Source: Utricularia gibba | Lineage: Eukaryota; Plantae; Magnoliophyta | DNA length: 64,000 nt | Assembly: GCA_002189035.1 (NCBI GenBank) | Contig: NEEC01000013.1 | Location: 1 to 64,000 of the forward strand | Direction: 5' to 3' | Shown here: positions 28,220 to 39,424 of the stretch, one piece after another | Position numbering within the stretch: the first letter of the stretch is position 1 | How the letters are laid out: every line of letters starts with the position of its first letter | The notes under the pieces: generated by a model | The model's database searches: none | The model's input: the letters and a program-made list of their open reading frames with translations, nothing else | What the model was told of the DNA's origin: nothing | Made by a program: the position numbers and the translations under genes

Positions 28220-29434
28220 ATGTCTTCCAGCGTGAATTTGAGATCCATTCTAGAGTCCAACAAGTTGGTTGGCTCGAATTTTATTGATTGGCACTGCAAT
28301 TTGAGAATTGTTCTCAATGCGGAGAAGATTGCTTACATACTTGAGCAAGATGTTCCTGCGCAACCCAGGGCTAATGCAGCTGAAGATGTTCAGCGTGCAT
28401 ATCAGAAGTATCTAGATGATGCTGAGCTTGTCTCCTGTATCATGCTTGCTTCGATGGCCCCTGATCTCCAAAAACATCATGAGGCGATGACTTGCCAACA
28501 GATGATAACACACCTCAAGGATCTGTTTGGTGAGCACTCACGACTTGAAAGGTTCAAGACATCAAAACTGTTGTTCAATTGTCACTTGGCAGAAGGAAGT
28601 TCTGCTGCTGATCATGCGACATTGATGTTGAGTTACATTGAGAAGTTGTTCACTCTTGGTTTTGTGTTGGATAAGGACTTGAGTATTGACTTAGTCCTTA
28701 CCTCACTACCTGATAGCTACTCACAGTTTGTGATGAACTATCCGATGAACAAGATGGATCAAACTGTTCCTGAATTGATTCAGTTACTCAAGTCTGTTGA
28801 GACAACTATCATAAAGGAACAAAAGAATGTCATGCTTGTCTCTTCATGGAAAAAGGTTTCTAAGAAGAAGAGTCAAGACAAGAATCTCAAAGCTAAAAGT
28901 GAGATCAAGAAGAAGAAGCCTGCTGAAAAACCGGCTAAGGGTGAATGCTTTCATTGTGGGAAATCTGGTCATTGGAAGAGAAACTGCAAAGCCTATCTAG
29001 AGTCAATCAAGGGCAAGAAGCAGCATGAGATTTCAGCTTCAGGTATACACATGATTGAGATTAACACTACTATCAAGAATGGTTCTTGGGTGTTAGATTC
29101 GGGTTGTGGCGCTCACATTTGCACTAACATGCAGGACCTAATGAGTAGTAGAATCTTGAAGAAAGGCGATGTTGACCTAAGAGTTGGGAATGGTGCACGA
29201 GTTGCTGCCATGGCAATTGGGACTTGCCACATCGCCCTACCTTCTGGATTATCTCTTGAATTAGATTCTGTTTATTGTGTTCCTTCATTGTCTAAGAACA
29301 TCGTCTCTATTTCTTGTTTGGACAAGATTGGTTTTGAGTTTTCTATAAAGAACAATTGTTGTTCCATACGGCGAGGGAATGTGCATTATGGTACTACTAC
29401 GATAGTAAACGGAATATATGTTTTGGATCAGCAT
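28220..29434 (+). pseudogene. gag-pol: Copia gag (CCHC zinc knuckle) and aspartic protease, interrupted by a solo LTR
   Basis: ORF 28184..29512: probable start MSSSVNLRSILE at 28220, zinc knuckle CFHCGKSGHWKRNC, protease VLDSG. Frame runs into the LTR after NGIYVLDQH. Confidence 0.9.
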
Positions 29435-30925
29435 TGTTGGTGTATGTGTTCTAGAGACAATCAACTCATTGGCAAATCTTATCCTTTGATGTTTACCTTG
29501 AATTGTGATTAAGTTTACATCATTGATAAAATCCTCTACTTGATCTATATGCTATAGAAATTATGATGAGATCATAATGTGAGATTCTTCAATCATCTAG
29601 GTTCAAGTTAAAAACTCTCTGGCTAGAGTATTTGTGAAATGAGGATATCACAAATACGGATAAGCTGGCACACATTGAGTTCCCTAAACTGTTTAGGCAA
29701 TGGTTCTCACAATTGATGTAATGAGATTACTAGAACCTATGTGTGGGTGTCGATTAGAGAATCGATTCACTGGATGACTCATCTTCGAGATGCTACTATG
29801 GGAAGGTAACCAAGTGTCAGTAGCATGATCTCGAATATGACAGCCGTGAGCTTAGACTTGAGGTCAACAAAGTTATCTTGATCTTAAACTCACATTTTCG
29901 CTCATTACTAATGGGAGCCTAACCATGGCTTGCCTAATATGGATGAGTAGGGATATGACTCCTTAAGGTTAGAGATAGTTGATTGATCAATAAAGGATTC
30001 ATCACTCATGTTAGTGATGAGATCGTATCTCAAATAATTGGATCAAAGCCTAACAGTAAGTCCTGGGCCCAAGATAATGACACTCGAATTGTTTGAGTAG
30101 GTCATTGAGTGTTAGTGCTTGAATGCAATTATAAGTTCAATACATCAGAAAGACACACACCCATGTTCTGGTACCAAATGAGATATAAGTATGATGAAAG
30201 CTGTTCATTGAATGGTGGCTGGCCATGGAAAGGCTCAATGAGTTCACCTGATTATTCTTACATCTTGGGGATCATGATATGTTGCTAGACATTACTCATG
30301 ATCGATAATGATGGATTTGATTAATTAAGAGTTAATTAATAAATCCATTATTATGACCTTGATTGAAGAAGCCTATAGGGTCACATATAAGTGGAGTCAC
30401 TCAACGATATAAAATAGAATGACACAATTACATGAGATTTAATTGGTAAAGTGGATAAATTAAATTGAGTGTTATTTTGAGATTAATATTGATTAAACTC
30501 AAAATAAAAGATCATATATAGATTAAATTTGGAACATATATATATCTCCACAAGATAAGATCTTTACGGAGATATGATTTGATATGTTACCATATATCTA
30601 TCAAAAGATTTAGATCTTGAGACATGCTCTATGGGTCTTCGTGCTCTCTTAGACTAATCCACAAGGGGCGTTTTTCTCTACTAGCACCTGAGAAATTCGA
30701 CCAGCATTCAAGAGCCTTCAGAAGGTTATCGACGGAGTGTTCCACGTGTGGATACCATAGAGGCCGTCTGCTATTGGCGGTTGGTGAACAATGGAGTCAT
30801 CTGAAAGGTACTTTGAACATCCATGTCTGATGTACACCGTATTCCAAGATCTGCGTTGGGGGTTTCTCAAAATTTTTAAAATTCCGCTGCTTTTGAGACA
30901 TACGATGTCTACGAGAAACCCAACA
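29435..30925 (+). mobile_element. Solo LTR (1491 bp), Angela-type, with 5-bp TSD AGCAT
   Basis: Starts TGTTGGTGTATGTGTTCTAGAGACAAT, ends ...GAAACCCAACA; AGCAT at 29430-29434 and 30926-30930. Removing it rejoins ...VLDQH/DSEQINMCIKRPRID... in frame. Confidence 0.93.
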
Positions 30926-30930
30926 AGCAT

Positions 30931-32920
30931 GATTCGGAACAGATTAACATGTGCATTAAAAGGCCAAGGATTGACAATGTCTTGAATTCTTGCCTCTGGC
31001 ATTGTGTTTAGGCAATATAAACAAGAAGCGTATTGAGTACTTATATCGATTGGGATATTTGGACTCAGAAGATTTTGAATCTTATGAAACATGCGAATCT
31101 TGTTTATTGGGCAAAATGACAACACAACCTTTTCTAGGAAAAGCACTAAGAGCTGAAAACTTATTGGATTTAATATATTCTGATGTATGTGGTCCAATGA
31201 GCATCACTGCTAGAGGGGGTTTCTCGTATTTCATCACTTTTATAAATAACCATTCAAGATATGGATGCATTTACTTGATGAAATTAAAATTTGAAGCCTT
31301 TGAAAAGTTCAAAGAGTTTCGGATGGAGGTCGAGAACCAGCTTGAGCGTTCTATCAAGAAACTTCGATCAGATCGTGGTGGGGAATACTTGAGTAATGAA
31401 TTCAAGAATCATCTGAAGGACAATGGTATTGTCTCAGAAAGAACTCCTCCTGATACACCTGAGCACAATGGTGTTTCTAAGAGGAGAAATCGAACTTTGC
31501 TTGACATGGTTCGATCCATGATGAGTTTTGCAGAACGACCAAAGTCCATGTGGGGATATGCTTTAGAGGTAGCGGCTCCTGTTTTGAACAAAGGCCCATC
31601 AAAATCGGTTGAAACCACTCCTTATGAGATTTGGACTGGTAGAAAACCGAGTTTCTCCTACCTCAAAGCTTGGGGATGCCCTGCTTATGTAAGAAGGTTG
31701 AAGTCAGATAAGTTGGAGAATAAATCTGACAAGTGTCTCTTTCTGGGATATCCACAAGAAACCATGGGATACTACTTCTATAATCCTCAAGAGGGAAAGG
31801 TTTTCATCTTGAGGAATGCTGTCTTTTTAGAGAAAGAGTTTCTCCTCAAAGAAGCAAGTGGGAGTCGTTTTGAACTTGAAGAGATGTTTGAGAACGAGCC
31901 AGTGACACCTATAGAGATGCCAGTGGGTAACTCAAAAGGTAATCTAGGCTCACCATCTCGAAATTGTGTCCCAGAAGCTTGTAATGTACCAGTGAGCAAT
32001 CAACTTGAGCAATCTTACTTGCCAAATGTACCAAGCACGTTTTTTGTCAGAAGATCAGTCCGACAACGTAACCCTATTGTGAGATATTGTTTCATTGTTG
32101 ATGCCGAAGGCATGGGAGACCTCATATTAGATGAGGAACCTTGGACTTATGACGAAGCAATCAATAGTGCTGAGTCAAGTAAATGGCTTGTTGCCATGGG
32201 AGCATAAATGAATTCCATGTATGAGAACAATGTATGGACATTGTTCAATGCTTCAGAGGGAGTAAATCCTATTGGATGCAAATAGGTATTCAAAAGGAAA
32301 ACTGACATGGATGGAAATATATCTACCTATAAGGCACGACTTGTGGCAAAAGGGTATCGTCAAAAACAAGGTGTTGATTATGACGAAACCTTCTCGCCTA
32401 TTGCTATGCTGAAGTCCATTCGAATTTTACTTGCCATTGCTGCTCATTTTGATTATGAGATATGGCAGATGGATGTGAAAACAGCCTTCCTAAATGGAAA
32501 TTTGGCTGAGGAAGTGTACATGACACAACCTGAAGGTTTCACGCAAGATCCTAGTAAAGTGTGTAAATTGAACAAATCCATCTATGGGCTAAAGCAAGCT
32601 TCAAGAAGTTGGAACATCAAATTTGATGAGACAATCAAAGAGTTTGGTTTCTCTCAAAATGAAGATGAACCTTGTGTATACAAGAAGGTAGATGGCTTGG
32701 CAATCGTATTTCTCATACTATATGTGGATGACATATTAGTAATGGGAAATGATGTTGCAACAATGCAATCAGTAAAAATCTGGTTATCCAAGAGCTTTTC
32801 AATGAAAGATCTTGGAGATGCGGCTTATATATTGGGCATAAAGATCTATAGAGATAGATCAAAGAGACTGATTGGACTATCACAATCGACCTACATCGAT
32901 AAAGTGTTAAAGAGGTTTAA
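30931..32920 (+). pseudogene. pol: Copia GAG-pre-integrase, integrase and reverse transcriptase (frameshift and in-frame stops)
   Basis: ORF 30990..32207 (CESCLLGK, SDVCGPMS, LRSDRGGEY, SH3 FLGYPQETMGYYFY) and ORF 32307.. ([38 protein letters not shown]). A 1-bp loss near 31000 and stops near 32205 and 32283. Confidence 0.92.
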
Positions 32921-33524
32921 TGATGAGCCCCAGGAAGATAATGAAGTGTATTTGAAGAATGATGAGGAGTTTGTTCAAGTGAACAAATTAGAAAGAAAGA
33001 TGATTCCACCAGGACCAATGACTAGGAGCAAGACAAAGATGGTTGAAGATACACTTAAGGGTCTACTCAATACCATTGGAATCAAACATGGGCTTGAAAA
33101 CATCCCATCAAAAGAGCTCAACTACTTGAAGATGAACTTAACTTAGAGCATTGGGCTTGTTAGACTTTTCTATTTCATTTAGTTTGGACTATGTAATGTT
33201 AGAGCCCAATTCTAGAGTATAAATACTCTAGAGATGTACTAATTCAGGATCTTTGGTCATTTTATGTATCTTGTGAGGATTCCCCTCTCCTTTGAGTGCT
33301 TGAACACTCTTAACTTATCAAGCTTTGAGCTTGTGGCGTTCTAGGATTATCACTTCCAATCAATCTCTCTTTTCTGAAGTGTGGCTCCTAATTTTCTTTG
33401 TTTCGAAGTCTGGTTGCAAGAGATTTATTCTCTTGAGGGTAGACTTGGGTGGGTTCTCTTCAAAGCTTCAAAATCACCTCTTTTTCGTGGGTTGCTAATC
33501 TCTATAGATTAGAGGGTCACATCA
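32921..33524 (+). repeat. CRM-1 5' LTR
   Basis: Direct repeat of 38453-39056 with 4 substitutions counted by eye. Confidence 0.97.
33211..33232 (+). promoter_or_regulatory. Putative LTR TATA box (TATAAATA) centred in a 22-bp palindrome
   Basis: TCTAGAGTAT-AA-ATACTCTAGA; the position in U3 is typical of an LTR promoter. Copy at 38743-38764. Confidence 0.65.
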
Positions 33525-33527
33525 TTT

Positions 33528-33539
33528 TGGTATCAGAGC
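33528..33539 (+). promoter_or_regulatory. Primer-binding site (tRNA-Met type) of CRM-1
   Basis: TGGTATCAGAGC 3 nt downstream of the 5' LTR. Confidence 0.92.
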
Positions 33540-34356
33540 TTTGGGTTCCTTATCCTTATTATTATCCAGTTCTTGTTTGAGTTATTCCATTCCTGCCTAT
33601 TCAAAAAAAAAAAAAAAAAAAAAATCGTTCAAGCCAAGTCCTTATTACTTTTGGCTTTAGTACAAAAAAAAAGGGGGTTCACAGGAAGTTGATTGAAGAA
33701 GAGCTCGAAATTGAGTGTCAATTGAATAGCAAGAACACATTGAATATCATTTTCAAGTGTGCAAGAGGATAAGGAGTGTGAAGGTGAACATCCATTACCC
33801 ATCACTATCATCCATTATTATGTATGTTTAAATTGTGGCCCACCTCTCTACTTTTCCCATTCCACCAAGCAACCACTTTATTGTTGTTTTACTTATCTTC
33901 AATTCCCATCCCCTGTCATTCACGTGTCCCCACCTTTCCATTTGACTATTCTCTTTGTTGATTGCCCATTCCTGTATTTCTATAGTTTAGCAAGCAACAC
34001 ATTTCGTGTGTAGTGCTCTATTCTCTGATTTCATCTGTTCTTACGTTGTTGTCCATCCTTCCTATTTATCTATTCCAACAAGCAACCAATTTAATTTAAA
34101 CACTTCCCTTTGTCTCCATCTTGAGACTATTAATACTGCCACCCTCACCTAACTCCATCATTACACTATAATCAATACCAATCTGGAAGTGATTAATTCG
34201 TTAGATGCCATGAGAACAAGCATGATGACATTAAAGAGTGCATCAAGGACTTGAAGCTTGAGTATTGAGTGGTAAATCTTGTGTGTGTTTCTTTGTTCTT
34301 TTTAGTTTAGTCTCTTTTCTTCCTTGCTGCTCGTTTTCTTTTGTCCAGTATTTAGG

Positions 34357-36711
34357 ATGTCAAATTCCAGAAGTGAGCATGAAAAGGATGACTCACCGGA
34401 TGGGAGGTTCACTTTGAAAGCTATGCAACAGGAGTTCACTAGATTGCATCGCATTCTGGAAAACATAAATGTCAGGCTTGATGAACACGAAAATTCTTTG
34501 CAAAATGTTGCAAGAGCACGAAGACAAGATAATTATGCTGCTGGAAGGGGTCGAGGTAGTCAATTGCATCAACGCATCAACACTGAATATGACTTAAGTG
34601 ATCAACGAAGTGCAAGGACTGTTGGAAGAAGAGATCGAACCCTGAATACTGATGAAGAAGATGACTACATTGAACATAGTGAAAATGATTTTGTGCATGG
34701 GGATACAAGAAGATTTCGAGATCAGGGAGGTAGAAGAGACGGAGGAAGAATTGGAAAGGATGTTAACAACATCAAGATGAAGATACCTCAATTTCAAGGA
34801 AAGAATGATCCAAATGCATATCTCCAATGGGAAACAAGAGTAGAACATGTCTTTGATTGCAACACCTTCTCTGACGAAAAGAAAATCAGATTGGCCTCCA
34901 TGGAATTTAGTGAGTATGCTATCATTTGGTGGGATCAATTGGTGGCTAAAAGAAGGATTGACTCTGAAGAACCAATTCACACTTGGGTTGAGATGAAAAG
35001 AGTTATGAGGAGGCGGTTTGTTCCAAACCATTACCAAAGAGATGTTTATCAACGTTTGCAAAATCTCAAGCAGGGCTCAAGGCCAGTGGAGGAATATTGG
35101 CAGGAAATGGAGATTTTAATGATTAGAGCTCATGTTCAGGAAGATAGAGAAGCAACTATGGCTAGGTTTCTTCATGGGATGAATAAGGAGATTGCAAATA
35201 TTGTGGAGCTTCATCACTACATTGAGATGGAGGACATGATTCATATGGCCACAAAGGTTGAGAAACAACTATCTAGCAAGAGTTTCGCAAGAGATTTCAA
35301 CAAGAGGACTTCTGGTTCGAAATTTGGGGGCACCAATGAGATGATGGAGAGAAATAAAGGGAAGTCATCCATGGAACACTTCAAATTCGACATCCAATCA
35401 AGTTCCAAGCAAGGGGAGCAAACAACACCTCCAAAGGGAACTACCAGAAACATAAAATGTTTCAAATGCTTGGGACTTGGACATATTGCTTCTGAATGCC
35501 CAAATAAACGAGCAATGGTGATTAGGGGCAATGGCGAAGTTGTTAGTGAAGATGATGATGATCTAGTGGAGACAGAAGCTGAAGTGAGTGATGAGGATGA
35601 ATTGCCTGTTTCTGGAGAAGTATTAGTCACTCGAAGGACGCTTAACATTGGGGTGAAGGATAATGATGAGCAAAGGGAGAACTTGTTTCAAACCCGATGC
35701 TTTGTTAATAGGAAAGTTTGCAGCCTGATTATTGATGGAGGTAGTTGCACCAATGTTGCTAGCAACATCTTGGTGGAGAAATTGGGACTACCCACCGTGA
35801 GGCATCCTAAGCCTTACAATCTGCAGTGGTTCAATGAAGGAAGTGAGGTATATGAAGATGTTTTTCCAGAAGAACTTCAAGGCTTACCTCCCCTTAGAGG
35901 GATTGAGCATCAAATTGACCTTGTCCCTGGAGCACAACTCCCAAACCGACCAGCATACCGAGCCAATCCAGAGGAGACCAAGGAAATACAAAAACAAGTT
36001 GAGGAATTGGTGTCTAAAGGATTTGTGCGTGAGAGCATGAGTCCTTGCTCGGTGCCGGTGTTATTGGTTCCAAAGTCTGATGGAACTTGGCGGATGTGCA
36101 CTGATTGTCGCGCCATCAACAACATCACAATCAAGTATAGACATCCTATCCCTAGACTTGAAGATATGCTTGATGAGTTGCATGGTGCTTGTGTTTTTAG
36201 TAAGATTGATTTGAGAAGTGGATATCATCAGATTAGAATGAAGGAAGGTGATGAGTGGAAAACTGCTTTTAAAACTAAGTTTGGTTTGTATGAGTGGGTT
36301 GTTATGCCTTTTGGGTTAACCAATGCTCCTAGCACCTTTATGAGATTGATGAATCACGTTCTTAGGCCTTTTATAGGTAGATTTGTTGTTGTTTATTTTG
36401 ATGATATTCTGATCTATAGTAAAAGTATTGAGGAACATGTAGGGCATTTGAAAGATGTGTTAGATACTCTTAGAAAAGAGAAGTTGTTTGCTAATATCAA
36501 AAAGTGTGTCTTTTGCACAAATAGTGTCTCTTTTCTTGGATATGTTGTAAGTGATGCAGGAGTAGCTGTGGATGAAGAGAAAGTAAGAGCAATCAAAGAA
36601 TGGCCAACACCTACATCAGTGGGTGAAGTTAGGAGTTTTCATGGTTTAGCAAGTTTCTATAGACGGTTTGTTAGGGACTTCAGTTCTATAGCAGCACCCT
36701 CACCCAGTTGA
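34357..36711 (+). CDS. gag-pol: CRM-1 gag-protease(truncated)-reverse transcriptase
   Basis: ORF 34324..36711, ATG at 34357: retrotransposon gag ([17 protein letters not shown]), [14 protein letters not shown] knuckle, protease IIDGGSC, RT ([22 protein letters not shown]). In-frame internal deletion at ~35848; ends by a frameshift at ~36698. Confidence 0.9.
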   Translation: MSNSRSEHEKDDSPDGRFTLKAMQQEFTRLHRILENINVRLDEHENSLQNVARARRQDNYAAGRGRGSQLHQRINTEYDLSDQRSARTVGRRDRTLNTDEEDDYIEHSENDFVHGDTRRFRDQGGRRDGGRIGKDVNNIKMKIPQFQGKNDPNAYLQWETRVEHVFDCNTFSDEKKIRLASMEFSEYAIIWWDQLVAKRRIDSEEPIHTWVEMKRVMRRRFVPNHYQRDVYQRLQNLKQGSRPVEEYWQEMEILMIRAHVQEDREATMARFLHGMNKEIANIVELHHYIEMEDMIHMATKVEKQLSSKSFARDFNKRTSGSKFGGTNEMMERNKGKSSMEHFKFDIQSSSKQGEQTTPPKGTTRNIKCFKCLGLGHIASECPNKRAMVIRGNGEVVSEDDDDLVETEAEVSDEDELPVSGEVLVTRRTLNIGVKDNDEQRENLFQTRCFVNRKVCSLIIDGGSCTNVASNILVEKLGLPTVRHPKPYNLQWFNEGSEVYEDVFPEELQGLPPLRGIEHQIDLVPGAQLPNRPAYRANPEETKEIQKQVEELVSKGFVRESMSPCSVPVLLVPKSDGTWRMCTDCRAINNITIKYRHPIPRLEDMLDELHGACVFSKIDLRSGYHQIRMKEGDEWKTAFKTKFGLYEWVVMPFGLTNAPSTFMRLMNHVLRPFIGRFVVVYFDDILIYSKSIEEHVGHLKDVLDTLRKEKLFANIKKCVFCTNSVSFLGYVVSDAGVAVDEEKVRAIKEWPTPTSVGEVRSFHGLASFYRRFVRDFSSIAAPSPS

Positions 36712-38678
36712 TCAAGAAAAATCATGCATTTCATTGGGGAGATGAGCAGGAACATGCTTTCAAACAACTCAAGAATAAGCTTTGCTCAACACCTCTCCTA
36801 GCACTTCCAAATTTTTCTGATACTTTTGAAATTGAATGTGATGCATCAGGTTTAGGGATTGGTGCTGTGTTGATGCAAAAGGGACGTCCACTTGCTTATT
36901 TTAGTGAGAAGCTTCATGGTGCCACCCTCAACTATCCAACATATGACAAAGAGTTGTATGCGTTGGTTAGAGCTTTGGAGACATGGCAGCACTACTTATG
37001 GCCTAAGGAGTTCGTGATACACACTGATCATGAGTCTCTCAAACATTTGAAGGCTCAAGTAAAGCTGAATAGAAGACATGCTAAGTGGGTGGAATTCATT
37101 GACACATTCCCATATGTGATCAAATACAAGAAAGGTAAGGAGAATGTGGTTGCTGATGCTTTATCTCGAAGGTACACTCTCTTAGCCAATCTTGATGCAA
37201 GAATTCTTGGATTTGCTTCCATCATTGACTTATATGTTCATGATCACGATTTTGGGGATATTTATAAGGCATGTGAACTTGCTACATCTGGACTATTCTT
37301 CAGGAAAGATGGTTTTCTTTATAGGAAAGATAGGCTGTGCATTCCTTCTTGCTCCATACGTGATTTGATTGTTAGAGAAGCTCATGGTGGGGGACTAATG
37401 GGACAATTTGGTGTTAAGAAGACTCTTGATACTCTCACCCAACATTTCTTTTGGCCACACATGAGAAGGGATGTTGAAAGAATTTGTTCTAGATGTATCT
37501 CTTGTAGGAAGGCTAAATCAACCACTGCCCCTAATGGTTTGTATACTCCACTCCCTACTCCTTCCCAACTATGGGTGGACATTTCTATGGACTTTGTTTT
37601 AGGCTTACCTCGTACCCAAAGGGGTAGAGATTCAATTTTCGTTGTTGTGGACAGGTTTTCAAAGATGGCACACTTTATTCCCTGCCATAAAACTGATGAT
37701 GCATCTCATGTGGCTGATCTCTTCTTTAGGGAAGTTGTTAGACTTCATGGTATGCCCCTAACTATTGTCTCTGATCGAGATCCAAGGTTTCTTAGTCACT
37801 TTTGGAGAGTTCTTTGGAGTAAACTTGGCACTAAGCTGTTATACTCAACAACATGTCACCCTCAAACCGATGGGCAAACTGAGGTAACTAATCGCACACT
37901 TTCTACCTTACTTAGGATTATGATTAAATCAAATCTTAAGACTTGGGAGGAATGTTTGCCACTTGTTGAGTTTGCTTACAATAGAACCATGCATCTGACT
38001 ACTAAATTATCTCCATTTGAAGTCGTTTATGGTTTTAATCCTCTTACACCTTTGGATATGTTACCTTTGCCTTGTGATGAGAAAGTTAGTTTAGATGGCA
38101 AGAAGAGAGCTGATGCAATCAGAAGATTGCATGAAAAGGTGAAACAACAGATTGAATGCAACAATGCAAAGTATGCATCAGCAGCAAACAAGGGGAGACG
38201 CAAAGTTGTATTTGAACCTGGAGATTGGGTTTGGCTTCATTTTAGGAAGGAGAGATTTCCCACAAAGAGAAAGTCCAAACTTCTACCTCGTGGAGATGGC
38301 CCTTTCCAAGTTGTTGAGCGCGTTAATGATAATGCGTACAAGCTAGATTTACCAGGTGAGTATTCTGTTCATTTAACTTTCAATGTTGCTGATTTGTCTC
38401 TTTTCGACATGGATACAGATTCAGGGACGAATCTTCCTAAAGAAAGGGGGGATGATGAGCCCCAGGAAGATAATGAAGTGTATTTGAAGAATGATGAGGA
38501 GTTTGTTCAAGTGAACAAATTAAAAAGAAAGATGATTCCACCAGGACCAATGACTAGGAGCAAGACAAAGATGGTTGAAGATACACTTAAGGGTCTACTC
38601 AATACCATTGGAATCAAACATGGGCTTGAAGACATCCCATCAAAAGAGCTCAACTACTTGAAGATGGACTTAACTTAG
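36708..38678 (+). CDS. pol: CRM-1 RNase H-integrase with C-terminal CR-type motif encoded in the 3' LTR
   Basis: ORF 36708..38678: [30 protein letters not shown]...C..C zinc finger, [20 protein letters not shown]-type RGDGPFQV, then [17 protein letters not shown] inside the LTR. It is the frameshifted continuation of the upstream ORF, not an independent gene. Confidence 0.9.
   Translation: MIKKNHAFHWGDEQEHAFKQLKNKLCSTPLLALPNFSDTFEIECDASGLGIGAVLMQKGRPLAYFSEKLHGATLNYPTYDKELYALVRALETWQHYLWPKEFVIHTDHESLKHLKAQVKLNRRHAKWVEFIDTFPYVIKYKKGKENVVADALSRRYTLLANLDARILGFASIIDLYVHDHDFGDIYKACELATSGLFFRKDGFLYRKDRLCIPSCSIRDLIVREAHGGGLMGQFGVKKTLDTLTQHFFWPHMRRDVERICSRCISCRKAKSTTAPNGLYTPLPTPSQLWVDISMDFVLGLPRTQRGRDSIFVVVDRFSKMAHFIPCHKTDDASHVADLFFREVVRLHGMPLTIVSDRDPRFLSHFWRVLWSKLGTKLLYSTTCHPQTDGQTEVTNRTLSTLLRIMIKSNLKTWEECLPLVEFAYNRTMHLTTKLSPFEVVYGFNPLTPLDMLPLPCDEKVSLDGKKRADAIRRLHEKVKQQIECNNAKYASAANKGRRKVVFEPGDWVWLHFRKERFPTKRKSKLLPRGDGPFQVVERVNDNAYKLDLPGEYSVHLTFNVADLSLFDMDTDSGTNLPKERGDDEPQEDNEVYLKNDEEFVQVNKLKRKMIPPGPMTRSKTKMVEDTLKGLLNTIGIKHGLEDIPSKELNYLKMDLT
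38439..38452 (+). promoter_or_regulatory. Polypurine tract of CRM-1
   Basis: AAAGAAAGGGGGGA immediately 5' of the 3' LTR. Confidence 0.88.
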
Positions 38679-39056
38679 AGCATTGGGCTTGTTAGACTTT
38701 TCTATTTCATTTAGTTTGGACTATGTAATGTTAGAGCCCAATTCTAGAGTATAAATACTCTAGAGATGTACTAATTCAGGATCTTTGGTCATTTTATGTA
38801 TCTTGTGAGGATTCCCCTCTCCTTTGAGTGCTTGAACACTCTTAACTTATCAAGCTTTGAGCTTGTGGCGTTCTAGGATTATCACTTCCAATCAATCTCT
38901 CTTTTCTGAAGTGTGGCTCCTAATTTTCTTTGTTTCGAAGTCTGGTTGCAAGAGATTTATTCTCTTGAGGGTAGACTTGGGTGGGTTCTCTTCTAAGCTT
39001 CAAAATCACCTCTTTTTCGTGGGTTGCTAATCTCTATAGATTAGAGGGTCACATCA
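38453..39056 (+). repeat. CRM-1 3' LTR
   Basis: TGATGAGCCCC...GGGTCACATCA, followed by TSD TTTAA. Confidence 0.97.
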
Positions 39057-39424
39057 TTTAACATGGCTGATTCCCAAAGAGGTTTATTGCCCATGACACA
39101 TAGATCACTATCAAAAGTGGGGTGCCCCAAAATAGAAGAAGATAGGGATTAGATGGCTCCAATCCCACATGCTTCTCCTATTAGGTCAATAATGTATACC
39201 ACACTGTGTACTAGACCAGATGTGTCATATGCTTTAAGTGTTACAAGCAGATACCAGTCGAACCCTAGAATGGATCATTGGACTGCGCTCAAGAGCATTC
39301 TTAAGTACATAAGAAGGACTAAAGACATGTTCCTGATTTATGGTGGTCAAGATCTCGAAATGGGAGACTATGTTTCCAATCTCATTTGACTTGATGACTC
39401 AATCAAGATACATATTCACCCTAA
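39057..39424 (+). pseudogene. pol: Continuation of the Angela copia RT/connection, truncated at the start of RNase H
   Basis: KRF|NMADSQRG resumes across the CRM-1 TSD; ORF 39153..39389 has CTRPDVSYALSVTSRYQSNP. Sequence then jumps into LTR sequence. Confidence 0.85.

Larger units (their letters stand above)
32921..39056 (+). mobile_element. Ty3/gypsy chromovirus, CRM (centromeric retrotransposon) clade, element CRM-1; structurally complete and recent
   Basis: 604-bp LTRs TGATG...CATCA, TSD TTTAA (32916-32920 and 39057-39061), PBS TGGTATCAGAGC, polypurine tract, gag-PR-RT-RH-INT order, integrase ORF extending into the 3' LTR with GPMTRSKTK motif. Confidence 0.95.

Noticed and set aside
30624-31197. 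ORFs within or antisense to LTR and pol sequence (also 34594..35648, 47952..49395, 58910..59261, 60228..60696)
   Set aside because: Antisense shadows of gag/pol or low-complexity LTR/UTR frames with no domain motifs.
32307-33146. ORF appearing to be a copia RT with a novel C-terminal extension
   Set aside because: The tail ([10 protein letters not shown]...) is read-through into the inserted CRM-1 LTR; it is an insertion chimera.
33603-33624. A-run of ~21 nt as a LINE/SINE poly(A) tail
   Set aside because: It lies in the CRM 5' UTR without a TSD or upstream element; CRM UTRs here contain several A/T runs.
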